Assembly (NCBI GenBank): GCA_964463245.1
Contig: CAYXBU010000003.1
Location: 1 to 43,776, forward strand
Source of the DNA: an uncultured Clostridium sp.
GTDB lineage: Bacteria; Bacillota; Clostridia; Oscillospirales; CAG-272
DNA: 43,776 nt
Direction: 5' to 3'
Shown here: one piece after another, positions 1-8,253 of the stretch
How positions within the stretch are numbered: the stretch's first letter is position 1
Layout of the letters: each line of letters begins with the position of its first letter
The notes under the pieces: generated by a model
Databases searched by the model: none
Told to the model about the DNA's origin: nothing
Seen by the model: the letters and a program-made list of their open reading frames with translations, nothing else
Made by a program: the position numbers and the translations under genes

Positions 1-32
1 ACAACTGGAAGGAGTCGGCCGAGGCGGTCTGA
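1..32 (+). CDS. 3' end of an upstream gene (partial, ...NWKESAEAV*), product unknown
   Basis: Open frame ending at TGA 30-32, directly followed by a terminator-like hairpin. Too short to identify. Confidence 0.45.
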   Translation, partial: NWKESAEAV

Positions 33-33
33 C

Positions 34-88
34 AGCAAGAGAAAACAAAGGGGGGCACCCGACCGCGGTCGGGTGCCCTTCTCTTGCT
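34..88. terminator. Probable bidirectional intrinsic terminator
   Basis: Perfect 26-bp palindrome gggcacccgaccg/cggtcgggtgccc (53-78), with outer arms agcaagaga/tctcttgct, lying between convergent genes. Confidence 0.75.
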
Positions 89-114
89 ATTCGGTTCTGT
101 CTGCCGACCTTTCC

Positions 115-1914
115 TTACCGCTCGGCAAAGTGGTCGTCAATGTATGCGTAGAAGCAACCCGGCTCGCTCACCTCGAGGGGCGCGTTGAGCGAGACCACCA
201 GCGGCGGCGGCTCGGCCCCCGGCTCGGTATGTATCTCTACCCGCAGGGTGTGGCGACCGCCAGCCAGCTCCCCGTCGTAGCGGTTTTCAACCGGAACGCG
301 GTGGTAAGCGGGCAGGAAAATTTGGGGCGTGTCGGTGGAAATGACGGTCTCCCCGTCCAGCGTGACAATCATCGGGTGCGAAGTGTTACACAGTAGGCGG
401 GTCTGGCGAGTACGAGAGGTGGTCAGAGTAGCCTCGGCCACATACACCCCATCGGGCGCAGGCTCAGTGAAGCGCACCTGCGCGCCGGGGCAGAGGGTAT
501 CCACGCCGTTGAGCCGCCAGCGGTTGGGTGCCAGCAGGACGAAGGGCAGACGATAATCCGTCCAGACATCCCCGCAGTTGAACCGCCGCAGGATCAGCCC
601 CATCGGGTATACCCGATCGCTCGGGATGGGGGCACCGGGGACAGCCCTGACCGTCAAGGTGACCCGTTGCTCCGTGCCGGGTGCAAGCTCTACCCGCAAG
701 GGAGCATCGGCGCACAGCCCCTCGGGGAGGCGCAGGGACAGCTCGGTGTCCCACCGCCACGCGGTATGGTTGCAGATGGTCAGGCAGACCTCGGCGGGGC
801 TTTCGGGCGAGACCGTAGGGTCACCGTTCTGCCCGTAGCGCAGCTCCACCGTCACCCCCTCGGAGGGGCGGGTGTGGGCAGGCAGGACATAGTGCTGGAC
901 GGCGAAATCGGCATTGTCCTGCTCGGTGATGGTGTAAGCGGACTCGTCCTCCAAGGACAGCTTGTCGTAGAGGCACAGGCAACGGCGGGTCAGGTCGTCC
1001 AGATCGGGGGGCGCGACAAAACCGCGCACGGCGGGCGATACCTGAATGCGGTCTCCGATCGGAGCCGCCCACTTCTGCGGGATGCCGTCACGACCAAGCA
1101 GGATGCCTAAGATCGCGCCGCAGGTCGCCACGGTGCAGTCGGTGTCGTAGCCGAGGTTGACCACCTTGAGAATGGCATCCTCAAAATCCTTTCCCCAGAG
1201 CAGACCCGCCAACTCAAAGGCGATATTCTGCGGGGCATCGGTGAAGTTGTTGCGACCATGATCCCGCAGGATGATCTCCCGCGCCTGAGGCAGATCCACC
1301 CCCTGCTCGAACAGGGTCAGGATATGGTCGACCGCGCGATACACGCGTGAGGTGGTGGGGATGTAGGTCAGTGCCTCGCGGATCAGGGACGGAACATCCG
1401 ACGTGGTGTAGGCCGCTGCCTCCAGTGCCGCGTTGAAAATCTCACCGAACACGCCCTCGCCCCCGGCATGATCCACCACGGCATCCTGCCACGCGAAGTA
1501 GGCAGCCAGGCGCGGCTTACCAGCCGCGATCGCCGCCCATATCTCGGAGCGGATGGGAGAGCCCATGCAATCGGTAAAGATGTTGTCGAACTGACCTGAG
1601 AAGGGCGGCTTGAAGCCCAGCCGCATAGCGGTGCTGCTGTAGCCGTACTCATCAAACGGGAAGTAAACGTGCTCCCTCCACTCGGCCGCGATATGCTCGG
1701 CCGACAGGCGAACGCCGCTGTTCTCTATAGCGTGGAGGTTAACCAGCTGCAGGTCAAGGTCATCGTTGGGCAGTGCCCCGTTCGGGTCAAGGCGCGGATA
1801 CCACTCGAGGTGCATGACCTCCGTGCAGCCCTCCACCGGGGTGCCCAGCGTACCGCCGATGTTCTTGCCCAGCCAGCAGGCATATATCTTGTCATAAAGC
1901 GTGTTGCGATCCAT
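115..1914 (-). CDS. ADP-ribosylglycohydrolase (DraG/ARH) family protein with C-terminal beta-rich extension
   Basis: ARH motifs GKNIGGTLGTPVEG, PNDDLDLQ, MGSPIRSEIW and GYDTDCT in the N-terminal ~330 aa. RBS GGAGG upstream of the ATG. Confidence 0.85.
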   Translation of the reverse strand: MDRNTLYDKIYACWLGKNIGGTLGTPVEGCTEVMHLEWYPRLDPNGALPNDDLDLQLVNLHAIENSGVRLSAEHIAAEWREHVYFPFDEYGYSSTAMRLGFKPPFSGQFDNIFTDCMGSPIRSEIWAAIAAGKPRLAAYFAWQDAVVDHAGGEGVFGEIFNAALEAAAYTTSDVPSLIREALTYIPTTSRVYRAVDHILTLFEQGVDLPQAREIILRDHGRNNFTDAPQNIAFELAGLLWGKDFEDAILKVVNLGYDTDCTVATCGAILGILLGRDGIPQKWAAPIGDRIQVSPAVRGFVAPPDLDDLTRRCLCLYDKLSLEDESAYTITEQDNADFAVQHYVLPAHTRPSEGVTVELRYGQNGDPTVSPESPAEVCLTICNHTAWRWDTELSLRLPEGLCADAPLRVELAPGTEQRVTLTVRAVPGAPIPSDRVYPMGLILRRFNCGDVWTDYRLPFVLLAPNRWRLNGVDTLCPGAQVRFTEPAPDGVYVAEATLTTSRTRQTRLLCNTSHPMIVTLDGETVISTDTPQIFLPAYHRVPVENRYDGELAGGRHTLRVEIHTEPGAEPPPLVVSLNAPLEVSEPGCFYAYIDDHFAER

Positions 1915-1943
1915 AGGAAGACCTCCTTTTTTTAGTTGAGTAC

Positions 1944-1972
1944 AGTATAGCAGAAAATGAGCGGATAGTCAA
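1944..1972 (-). promoter_or_regulatory. Sigma-A promoter for the ARH gene
   Basis: Minus strand TTGACT-17 nt-TATACT with extended TG. Confidence 0.7.
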
Positions 1973-2084
1973 GGGGGGACAGTTATGTTTTTGCAAAAAG
2001 TGCTTTCCCTGTTCCAAGTCATGAAGGAAATTTGAATCATCGGACTATATTATTGCTTCCATCTTCCATCTTAGATAGCCCCCC

Positions 2085-2113
2085 TCATATCCCGGACAAG
2101 TCCCGCATACACT
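2085..2113 (+). promoter_or_regulatory. Sigma-E (mother-cell sporulation) type promoter
   Basis: TCATAT-15 nt-CATACACT matches the SigE consensus (-35 TCATATT-like, -10 CATACAnT). Confidence 0.7.
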
Positions 2114-2157
2114 CCCCTGTACCCCTCCCCCATCTTGATTCCGAAAGGGTGAACCGT

Positions 2158-4971
2158 ATGCAAGACCTGATGACTCCCTCCCCACGCCCCACCGCAGGCA
2201 AGGCCGCTCCCCTGCCCCGCCCGCACCCGTTGACCCCGTCCGAGGTGGAGGCCTCCCGTCGCCGCCACGGCGACAATCGCCTGAGCCGCAAGCCGCAGCG
2301 GAGCTTCTGGCGGCAGTTCCTCTCCAACCTCGGAGACCCCGTCATCCGCATCCTGCTCTGTGCGCTGGGGCTGAACCTGCTCTTTGCGTTTCGCGGAGGA
2401 ACCGACTGGTTTGAGACCGGCGGCATCGCGCTGGCGGTCTTTCTGGCGACCCTCATCTCCACCCTGTCCGAGCATGGCTCCGAGGCGGCCTATTCCCGCC
2501 TGTCGGAATCCTGCGGGAGGATGGTTTGCCGTGTTCGCCGCGCGGATACCTCCGGGCGGGAAGGTGTCTGCGAGATACCCACCGAGGAGATCGTGGTCGG
2601 GGACATCGTCACCCTGTCCCCCGGGGAGATGATCCCCGCCGACGGCATATTGCTGGCGGGGCGGCTGGCGGTGGATCAATCCTCCATGACCGGGGAGTCG
2701 CGGGAAGTGACAAAATCCCCTGTCGGGAAGGAGGACATCCGCCCCGACAGCCTCTCCCCCGCCGATCCCGCCTCCCTCCTGCGCGGGTGCACCGTCCTCT
2801 CGGGGCAGGGCGAGATGCTGACCCTGCGTGTGGGCGACAAGACCGTCCTCGGCGAGATATCCGACGAGGTTCAAACCGACACGCGGGAAAGCCCCCTCAA
2901 GCTGCGGCTGGCGCGGCTGGCCACACAGATCAGCCGATTGGGGTATGTCGCGGCCGCGCTGGTCGCGCTGATCTTCCTGGTCAACGCCTTCCTGTTCGAC
3001 ACGGGCTTTGACAAGGCGGTCATTCTGGAGCACCTGTCGGATTGGCGGTGGGTCTGGAGCACCTGCTTCCATGCCGCCACGCTGGGGCTGACGGTGCTGG
3101 TGGTAGCTGTCCCGGAGGGGCTTCCCATGATGATCGCGGTGGTGCTGTCCTCCAACATCCGCAAGATGGTCAAGGATCAGGTGCTGGTGCGAAAGCCGGT
3201 GGGCATCGAGGCGGCGGGGAGCATGAATATCCTCTTTACCGACAAGACCGGCACCCTGACCGAGGGGGTGCTGTCCATCAGCCGCATCCTGACCGGGGAC
3301 GGGCGGGAGTACGCCGACCCGGCGGCCTGCGCGACCGCGGCGGCGGGACTCTATGCCTATATCGCCGATGCCTGCATGACCAACACCCAATCCGTCGCGG
3401 GGACGCCGTCCGGGGAGGGCGGTGTCTCCCCCGCTCGTCTGCGTGCTCTGGGCGGCAACGCGACGGATCGCGCCCTGCTGGACGGCGTACTGGCCTCCCC
3501 GCCCCTGCCCACACCTCCGCACAGCAGCGTGCTGGCGCGCCTGCCATTTGACAGCGCGAACAAATACGCCGCCGCTCTGGTGGAGCGGAACGGCGAGACC
3601 TACCTGTACGTCAAGGGCGCACCCGAGCGTCTGCTTCCGTGGCTGAGCAGCAGTCTGTCTGCGGACGGGCATATCCTGCGCCGCGCAGACGGCTTTGATC
3701 GGGCGGGCTTTGAAAAGCGCATCCGCGCCCTGACCCGCACGGGCGGGCGGGTGCTCCTGATGGCGCAGAAGAAGCTGTCGGTGTCGGGCGGCGGGCGGCT
3801 CACGGAGTCGACCATGACCCCCGAGGGCGGGGGCTGGGAGGGGCTGTCCTTGGTCTGCGCTGTCCTGCTGGCAGACAAGCTGCGTCCCGAGGCACCGTCC
3901 GCTGTCCGCACCCTGCGCGGGGCGGGCATCCATGTGGTCATGATGACGGGGGACAACCGCGACACCGCCCGCGCCATCGCCGAGTCCTGCGGGATCTTGG
4001 GCGGCGGGGTGGATCTGGTGTTGGAGAGTCGCGAGCTGGCCGACATGACCGACAACCGCCTGCGGGAGCTGTTGCCCCGCATCGGCGTGATCTCCCGCGC
4101 CTTGCCCACCGACAAGTCCCGCCTCGTGCGGCTGGCGCAGGAGGCCGAGCTGGTGGTCGGCATGACCGGGGACGGCATCAACGATGCCCCCGCCCTCAAA
4201 CGCGCCGACATCGGTTTTGCCATGGGGGCGGGCACGCAGGTCGCCCGGGACGCAGGGGACATCATCATTCTGGACAACAACCTCTCTTCCATCTCCCGCG
4301 CCGTGCTGTACGGGCGCACCATCTTCAAGAGCATCCGCAAGTTCATCACCCTACAGCTGACCATGAACCTCTGCGCGGTGGGGGTGTCCATGATCTGTCC
4401 GTTCATCGGGGTGGATGCCCCCGTGACGGTGGTGCAGATGCTCTGGATCAACCTGATCATGGATACCCTGGGCGGGCTGGCATTCGCAGGGGAGGCACCC
4501 CTGCCCTCCTACATGAAGGAGCGCCCCAAGCGGCGGGATGAACCGATCCTCAACCGCTACATGATCCACGAGATCGCGTGGCTGGGGGGCTTTACCGTCG
4601 GGCTGTGCCTACTCTTTTTGAAGCTGCCGGGGGTGACGGCAAGATTCCGCACGGCACCCGACAACATCTACCTAATGACCGCCTTTTTCGCGCTATTCAT
4701 CTTCGCCTCGGTCTTCAACTGCTTCAACGCCCGCACCGACCGCCTGAACCCCCTGGCGGGGCTGTCCGACAACCCCACCTTCACCGTCATCATGACGGCT
4801 GTGCTCTTAGTGCAGATCATGTTCGTATATGTCGGCGGTGCCGTTCTGCGCACCGCACCCCTGACCCTGTCGGAGCTGGGGTTCACCTCGCTCTGCGCCC
4901 TATCGGTCTTCCCGGCAGAGCTTGCACGGAAGCTCTGGCGCAGACTGCGGGGGAAGGAGGAAGGGTACTGA
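2158..4971 (+). CDS. Calcium-translocating P-type ATPase (type II, YloB/PMCA-like)
   Basis: TGES, VPEGLP, DKTGTLT phosphorylation site, KGAPE, TGDN, MTGDGINDAPAL and QMLWINLIMD motifs. Start moved to ATG 2158 after RBS GAAAGGGTGA. Confidence 0.92.
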   Translation: MQDLMTPSPRPTAGKAAPLPRPHPLTPSEVEASRRRHGDNRLSRKPQRSFWRQFLSNLGDPVIRILLCALGLNLLFAFRGGTDWFETGGIALAVFLATLISTLSEHGSEAAYSRLSESCGRMVCRVRRADTSGREGVCEIPTEEIVVGDIVTLSPGEMIPADGILLAGRLAVDQSSMTGESREVTKSPVGKEDIRPDSLSPADPASLLRGCTVLSGQGEMLTLRVGDKTVLGEISDEVQTDTRESPLKLRLARLATQISRLGYVAAALVALIFLVNAFLFDTGFDKAVILEHLSDWRWVWSTCFHAATLGLTVLVVAVPEGLPMMIAVVLSSNIRKMVKDQVLVRKPVGIEAAGSMNILFTDKTGTLTEGVLSISRILTGDGREYADPAACATAAAGLYAYIADACMTNTQSVAGTPSGEGGVSPARLRALGGNATDRALLDGVLASPPLPTPPHSSVLARLPFDSANKYAAALVERNGETYLYVKGAPERLLPWLSSSLSADGHILRRADGFDRAGFEKRIRALTRTGGRVLLMAQKKLSVSGGGRLTESTMTPEGGGWEGLSLVCAVLLADKLRPEAPSAVRTLRGAGIHVVMMTGDNRDTARAIAESCGILGGGVDLVLESRELADMTDNRLRELLPRIGVISRALPTDKSRLVRLAQEAELVVGMTGDGINDAPALKRADIGFAMGAGTQVARDAGDIIILDNNLSSISRAVLYGRTIFKSIRKFITLQLTMNLCAVGVSMICPFIGVDAPVTVVQMLWINLIMDTLGGLAFAGEAPLPSYMKERPKRRDEPILNRYMIHEIAWLGGFTVGLCLLFLKLPGVTARFRTAPDNIYLMTAFFALFIFASVFNCFNARTDRLNPLAGLSDNPTFTVIMTAVLLVQIMFVYVGGAVLRTAPLTLSELGFTSLCALSVFPAELARKLWRRLRGKEEGY

Positions 4972-5022
4972 CATCCCTTTGAGATATCCACATTTTGGAA
5001 CAAATAAATAATTCCGGATATC

Positions 5023-5051
5023 TTGACATTGTCTTTCGGGTATGGTATAAT
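5023..5051 (+). promoter_or_regulatory. Consensus sigma-A promoter
   Basis: TTGACA-17 nt-TATAAT with extended TG. Confidence 0.85.
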
Positions 5052-5109
5052 ATCGTCGAATAGAAGTGTCCGGCGGTCATGAGGGTCGCCGAGAAAAGGA
5101 GTAACACGC

Positions 5110-6672
5110 ATGACGAAAAGAATCATATCCTGCTTCATCGCGCTGTGCCTGCTGATCCTCCCTGCCATGGGAGTCTGGACGGTGGCAGCCTCCGACGATA
5201 TTCCCGACGGACTTTACTTTGCCCCCGACGGCAATGTCTACTACTACGAGAACGGCGAACCGGTCGCCAAGGGATTGGTTCGGGATGACGAGGGCAATAT
5301 ATATTACTTCAACGGTCTCAAGCGAGCCGTTCAAGGAATTTGGTCGATCCCCGAGAATATGACCAACGGGATCCTGCCGGCCGGCTTTTACGAGTTCGGC
5401 GCAATCGATAAGTGCCTCATCATCAAGAACGGCATTTATACGCATGACCATGCCGACCGTACCTACTACTACGAGAACAGCATCCCCGTCGCCAAGGGTC
5501 TGGTTAAGAATGAGGATGGCGACATCTACTTCTTCACGAATGATTGGGGAGTCAATCGTGCGGTGGAGAACGGAGACTGGTATGTAAGTGCCGAGCAGAC
5601 AAATGGTCTTATGCCCGCAGGCACCTACCATTTCAATGAATTTGGTTTCCTGACGGGTCCTGCCGAGGAAGACCTCTCCCCTGTTGTCCCCACATTTGAA
5701 CAGATCGGAGATTTCCTGCTTCTCTATTCGAATGGAACGACTCAAACAATCCACTATGTCGGGAGCACCTTGGGTCTTGTGGCGGATTATGAGGGCAACA
5801 TATACTACATCATCGGTCAAGACATGTTCGCACGCGGTGTATACTCGATCTCTGCAGATAAGACCAACGGTCTCCTGCCTGCCGGTTTGTATGAGTTTGA
5901 CAAATCCACCTGCCGCCTTCTGATCAAGAACGGCATATGCAAGAATTTCTATGCCGGCAGAACCTACTACTTTGAGAACAATGTCCCGAAGGCCGCAGGT
6001 CTTGTGGCAGACGAGGAAGGAAATATCTACTTCTTCACGACCATCTACGGAGACATTTACGCCGCGACCAACCAGTTCCACAATGGTGATTACTATGTTT
6101 CCGAGACTCAAGCCAACGGACTGAAGGAAGCGGGCACCTACCACTTTGATGAGCAGGGACATCTGGTCGGCAAGGCCGAGGTGGATCTGACCCCGTCCGA
6201 GACCGAACCCGCTACCGAGGCTCCCGAGGTGCCTACCGAGCCGGCAACAGCCGCCCCCGAGGCTCCCGAGACTCCCACCGAACCGGCTACCGGGACTCCC
6301 GAGACTCCTACCGAACCGGCTACCGGGACTCCCGAGACTCCTACCGAACCGGCTACCGGGACTCCCGAGACTCCTACCGAACCGGCTACCGAGGCTCCCG
6401 AGACTCCTACCGAACCGGCTACCGAGGCTCCCGAGGCTCCCACCGAACCGGCTACCGGGACTCCCGAGACTCCTACCGAGACGCCCACCGACGCGACGGC
6501 CACGACTCCGTCTGATACGTCGGTTCCGCCTATCACCTCCGGCACGGAGACCTCTTCCGAGACCACCAAGTCCGACTCCACTACGGGTTGCTCTTGCCTG
6601 ATCGGCGCGAGCGGCATCGCGCTCCTGCTCTTGGCAAGCGGTGCCTGCCTGATCCGCAAGCGGCGGGATTGA
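5110..6672 (+). CDS. Secreted, surface-anchored repeat protein (four ~75-aa Tyr/Gly-rich repeats, Pro/Thr/Glu stalk, C-terminal TM anchor)
   Basis: Signal peptide MTKRIISCFIALCLLILPAMGVWTVAA. Repeats YYYEN..GLV..GNIYYF..TNGL(L/M)PAG.Y.F. TEPATGTPETP stalk. Ends GCSC-hydrophobic-RKRRD. Confidence 0.8.
   Translation: MTKRIISCFIALCLLILPAMGVWTVAASDDIPDGLYFAPDGNVYYYENGEPVAKGLVRDDEGNIYYFNGLKRAVQGIWSIPENMTNGILPAGFYEFGAIDKCLIIKNGIYTHDHADRTYYYENSIPVAKGLVKNEDGDIYFFTNDWGVNRAVENGDWYVSAEQTNGLMPAGTYHFNEFGFLTGPAEEDLSPVVPTFEQIGDFLLLYSNGTTQTIHYVGSTLGLVADYEGNIYYIIGQDMFARGVYSISADKTNGLLPAGLYEFDKSTCRLLIKNGICKNFYAGRTYYFENNVPKAAGLVADEEGNIYFFTTIYGDIYAATNQFHNGDYYVSETQANGLKEAGTYHFDEQGHLVGKAEVDLTPSETEPATEAPEVPTEPATAAPEAPETPTEPATGTPETPTEPATGTPETPTEPATGTPETPTEPATEAPETPTEPATEAPEAPTEPATGTPETPTETPTDATATTPSDTSVPPITSGTETSSETTKSDSTTGCSCLIGASGIALLLLASGACLIRKRRD
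6202..6480 (+). repeat. Intragenic tandem repeat, mainly a 33-bp unit encoding TEPATGTPETP-like stalk
   Basis: About 8 imperfect copies of accgaaccggctaccgggactcccgagactcct. Confidence 0.9.
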
Positions 6673-6693
6673 TCCCCCTTAGTCGAGTTGTAT

Positions 6694-6735
6694 GCAAAGA
6701 CCCACAAGGAGCCCGAGCTCTTTGTGGGTCTTTGC
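6694..6735 (+). terminator. Intrinsic terminator / long hairpin
   Basis: Inverted repeat gcaaagacccacaa...ttgtgggtctttgc just after the stop codon. Confidence 0.8.
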
Positions 6736-6737
6736 TG

Positions 6738-6767
6738 TTGACAATCCAAAAGGCGGTATGCTATAAT
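6738..6767 (+). promoter_or_regulatory. Sigma-A promoter for the MATE operon
   Basis: TTGACA-18 nt-TATAAT with extended TG. Confidence 0.75.
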
Positions 6768-6872
6768 AGCCTTAGCCGAGTACGCATTTGCGGCTCGTAT
6801 CCTGCAGCCCGGGACGAATTGTCCCTTTTCTTTCGGAGTTTTTGTGTCTCTGACTTGAAAGGAAGGTACCCT

Positions 6873-8225
6873 ATGAGAACCCCTCGGCGTGTGCCGATCA
6901 ACCTGTCGGATCACTTCACCTACCCCCGCCTGTTCCGCTTTGTCCTGCCCTCCATCGTTATGATGGTTTTTACTTCAATATACGGCGTGGTAGACGGCTT
7001 CTTCGTCTCCAACTTCGTCGGCACCGAGCCCTTCGCCGCCATCAATCTGATCATGCCCTTCGTCATGATCTTGGGCGGCATGGGCTTCATGATCGGCACC
7101 GGCGGTACGGCGCTGGTTTCCAAGATCATGGGCGAGGGGGACGACCTGCGCGCAAAGCGCACCTTCTCCATGATGATCCGGCTGACGGTCATCTTAGGCG
7201 GGATCCTGACCGCGCTGGGGCTGATCTTTATGGAGCCGGTCGCCCGCCTGCTGGGCGCCGACGCGAACACCTTCGGGGATTGCGTTCGCTACGGGCGCAT
7301 CGTGGTGGCGTTCACCGTCATGTATATGCTCCAGAGTGTCTTCCAGAGCCTCCTCATCGCCGCCGAAAAGCCCAAGCTGGGTCTGGCTGTCACGGTTGCG
7401 GCAGGTGTGACCAACATGGTGCTGGATGCGTTGTTCATCGCGGTCTTTCAGTGGGGCGTGGCCGGTGCCGCCATTGCGACCGGCATCAGTCAATGTGTCG
7501 GCGGTATCATCCCGCTGATCTACTTTTCCTGCCCCAACAAGAGCCGCCTGCGTATGACCCGCACAAGGCTCTCCCTGCACCCCATCCTGCAGGCCTGCGG
7601 GAACGGTTCCTCCGAGCTGATGAGCAATATCTCCTCCTCGCTGGTCAGTATGCTGTACAATCACCAACTCCTCAAGTATTTCAACGGGAACGACGGCGTG
7701 GCGGCCTACGGCGTTTTGATGTATGTTCAGTTCATTTTCGTGGCAATCTATGTAGGCTACGCGGTCGGCGTTGCCCCCGTGGTCTCCTACGCCTACGGTG
7801 CCTCCCGACGGGATGAAATGAAGAATCTTCTGAAAAAGAGTATGTGGATCATGGGAGTTGCCGGCGTCGTCTTGACCGCCGCCGCCATCGGCTTGGCGGT
7901 TCCGCTGGCGCATATGTTCGTCAGCTCCAGCCCGTCCGTGTATGAGCTGACGGTGGGCGCGTTCCGTATGTTCGCCGCCTCCTTCCTGCTGGCGGGCTTC
8001 AACATCTTCCTGTCCTCCTTCTTCACCGCGCTGAACAACGGCGTGGTATCCGCCGCTATCTCCTTCCTGCGGACGCTGATCTTCCAGACGGCGGCGGTGA
8101 TCCTCCTGCCCATCCTGATCGGTCCCGACGGCGTTTGGTGGGCGGTCGCGGCGGCGGAGGTGGTCGCCTTTGTTATATCCATCTCGTTCCTGTTCGGCAT
8201 GAGGAAAAAGTACCATTATATGTGA
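6873..8225 (+). CDS. MATE family efflux transporter
   Basis: LPSIVMMVFTSIYGVVDGFFV, NMVLD, WGVAGAAIAT, two-fold internal repeat, about 12 TM. ATG 6873 follows GAAAGGAAGG. Confidence 0.92.
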   Translation: MRTPRRVPINLSDHFTYPRLFRFVLPSIVMMVFTSIYGVVDGFFVSNFVGTEPFAAINLIMPFVMILGGMGFMIGTGGTALVSKIMGEGDDLRAKRTFSMMIRLTVILGGILTALGLIFMEPVARLLGADANTFGDCVRYGRIVVAFTVMYMLQSVFQSLLIAAEKPKLGLAVTVAAGVTNMVLDALFIAVFQWGVAGAAIATGISQCVGGIIPLIYFSCPNKSRLRMTRTRLSLHPILQACGNGSSELMSNISSSLVSMLYNHQLLKYFNGNDGVAAYGVLMYVQFIFVAIYVGYAVGVAPVVSYAYGASRRDEMKNLLKKSMWIMGVAGVVLTAAAIGLAVPLAHMFVSSSPSVYELTVGAFRMFAASFLLAGFNIFLSSFFTALNNGVVSAAISFLRTLIFQTAAVILLPILIGPDGVWWAVAAAEVVAFVISISFLFGMRKKYHYM

Positions 8226-8253
8226 CCTACACAGAGGGGAGGTGTCCGAGGTC

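Noticed and set aside
53-78. Perfect 26-bp palindrome as an operator or mobile-element end
   Set aside because: Its position between convergent stop codons is adequately explained by a terminator, and I noticed no second copy in the window.
6202-6480. 33-bp repeats as CRISPR or mobile-element ends
   Set aside because: They are head-to-tail in-frame copies encoding a Pro/Thr/Glu stalk, with no spacers.
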